DNA of 64,000 nt from the NCBI RefSeq assembly GCF_021869535.1, contig NW_026262712.1, positions 53,072,001 to 53,136,000 of the forward strand, in the 5' to 3' direction. This stretch comes from Mytilus californianus. Its lineage: Eukaryota. The notes beneath the pieces are model-generated. The model was not told where the DNA came from. It saw only the letters and a program-made list of their open reading frames with translations, and did not search any database. Made by a program: the position numbers and the translations under genes. Of the stretch, positions 62,399-64,000 are shown piece after piece (the first letter of the stretch is position 1; every line of letters starts with the position of its first letter).

Positions 62399-64000
62399 GT
62401 GACACATAATTATACAAGTCAAGGGCTTAAATATTCTTGTTTTTGTCCCGCTATCACACTTAGAGTGTTTGTTCAGGCCTTTCAACCCTTCTTAACTTAA
62501 AAGCAATTTCTCTTCTCAGTTTACCCCGAGTATGATTTAACGTAACATATTGTAACAATACGCACGTGTCAATGTGCAAAACCAAACATAAAGTGTACAT
62601 TTTTTTTTGAACTTCTGCCATTAAATGTTTAAAACTATTTGAACCTTCAAAGAAAAGGACTTGGGCCAATTTTCCCGCTATTTGTTCATATACGTACTGG
62701 TGTAGTTCGATAATTGAGATAGACAATCTCAAATCAATCAAACATGTAATGAGGTTTTTTTTCTTTTTTTTTAATTATTAAACAGTGCTTTTTAAATAAA
62801 AGATAAAACCAAAATGCTGATACTTGGATTAATCATAAATCACATACTTTTTTCGGGAACTTTAAAATTTAAACAATAATACTTCTTCATGGTTGTAAAA
62901 ATTCTTCATGTTGAGGAATCTGTCATTTAAGCGACTTTTGAAATTGTCATTTAAATTAATTTATATTCTGAATACCAGGGAAAATGGTCTTTATGTATTT
63001 TCACAAAAAAAAACAAAAAGTTGTAAAATTCCTTCAGTATTATAAAATACTAGTATAATATGAGACATTCAGATTTGAAACCTCATAGCTGACAAAATTG
63101 ATGACGTCAGTATAGCGATTAGACGGTATAAAAGGACGGACAGAACCAAATTAAAATGCATGAACTTCAAACTTTTTATGTGAAAAAAACGGTGATGTGT
63201 GTTCCCCGGTTGATGATGCAAGCAGATGAAGTGTCAAAACATGGCTCTGTACTATATTTGTAGAAATGTCAGTATATTTTTTGGTAAATTGACATCTTTG
63301 GTATGTTGAAAGTTCACATGTACAATACAATACAAAAGCTGAAACTATAAAATTTTCTTATCATTTTCTGTAATAGTCCCCGAATTTTTTCACTATTGGA
63401 ATAACCAAACCCTTCCGGGCTTGGCTGAAGTGTGCTTCACGCGAATACAAGAACAAATCGACTGAAAGCGGTGTACAAATTGTACCAATGTTTGTTCAAA
63501 CACAGACCCCAAAATCAACAATATGCTGTCAATTATAAAATCAAGTTTCTTCCATGTACATTTTGTTGGAATTTATAGTTTATAATTATTTTATTTGCTC
63601 AAAGAGTCAAAACGGTTAAGACGCAACGGTTTTTCGAACTTCGGAAGTCTTCTCCTGGAAACAATACTACAATTTAGTTTACATGTAAAATATATATGCA
63701 CTAATGTTGTACAAAAGATAATTTCGAGGAGATAGATTTAAAGCATAACTAGAAAAAGAAGCACACAGGATGAAGAAAAAGCTACAAAAATAGACGAAAA
63801 AACGTGAGTGAAGTATATGGATACCGTCACGGAGTATGATGATGTATACAGCATAGTATAGTAATGTTCAAAGTTAGACAATAAGGTATCTTTTAGACCC
63901 TCTGATAAATATAATTATAGACATTTTTTTAAATGTTGCAGTTTTCTTCATAACTAAGGTCCGGCGGTACTTCCTTGGGTCATATAAGCAAGATTATCAG

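Noticed and set aside
63760-63870. Tyr-motif peptide (EYDDVYSIV) as a receptor-tail exon
   Set aside because: In-frame stop just upstream and no supporting exons in the window.

Overview
AT-rich animal genomic DNA, very probably a mytilid bivalve. This is inferred from recalled Mytilus-type interspersed repeats and a mollusc-style lectin gene set; no database search was run. The main feature is a tandem cluster of three intron-free + strand genes (23880-26534 intact, 30577-32247 broken, 37501-40146 intact). Each intact gene encodes an ~880-aa type II membrane protein with two different class I SAM-dependent methyltransferase domains fused to a C-terminal GT64 (EXTL2-like alpha-HexNAc transferase) domain. 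I know of no described animal protein with this architecture; it is a candidate Golgi enzyme that both adds and O-methylates sugars. The cluster lies among decayed secreted-lectin genes: a fibrinogen-domain pseudogene, two F-type lectin pseudogenes and an orphan signal-peptide exon. A ~3-4 kb segmental duplication brackets it (1-4122 vs ~45420-48470). The rest is transposon debris: hAT, Helitron, HINE, pogo-type MITEs, SINEs, Penelope-like RT and MULE remnants. It also contains three minimal type I hammerhead-ribozyme motifs, local duplications and a 62-bp higher-order satellite. No rRNA, tRNA gene or CRISPR array was seen. Most short ORFs in the supplied track are spurious. Identity figures are by-eye estimates.
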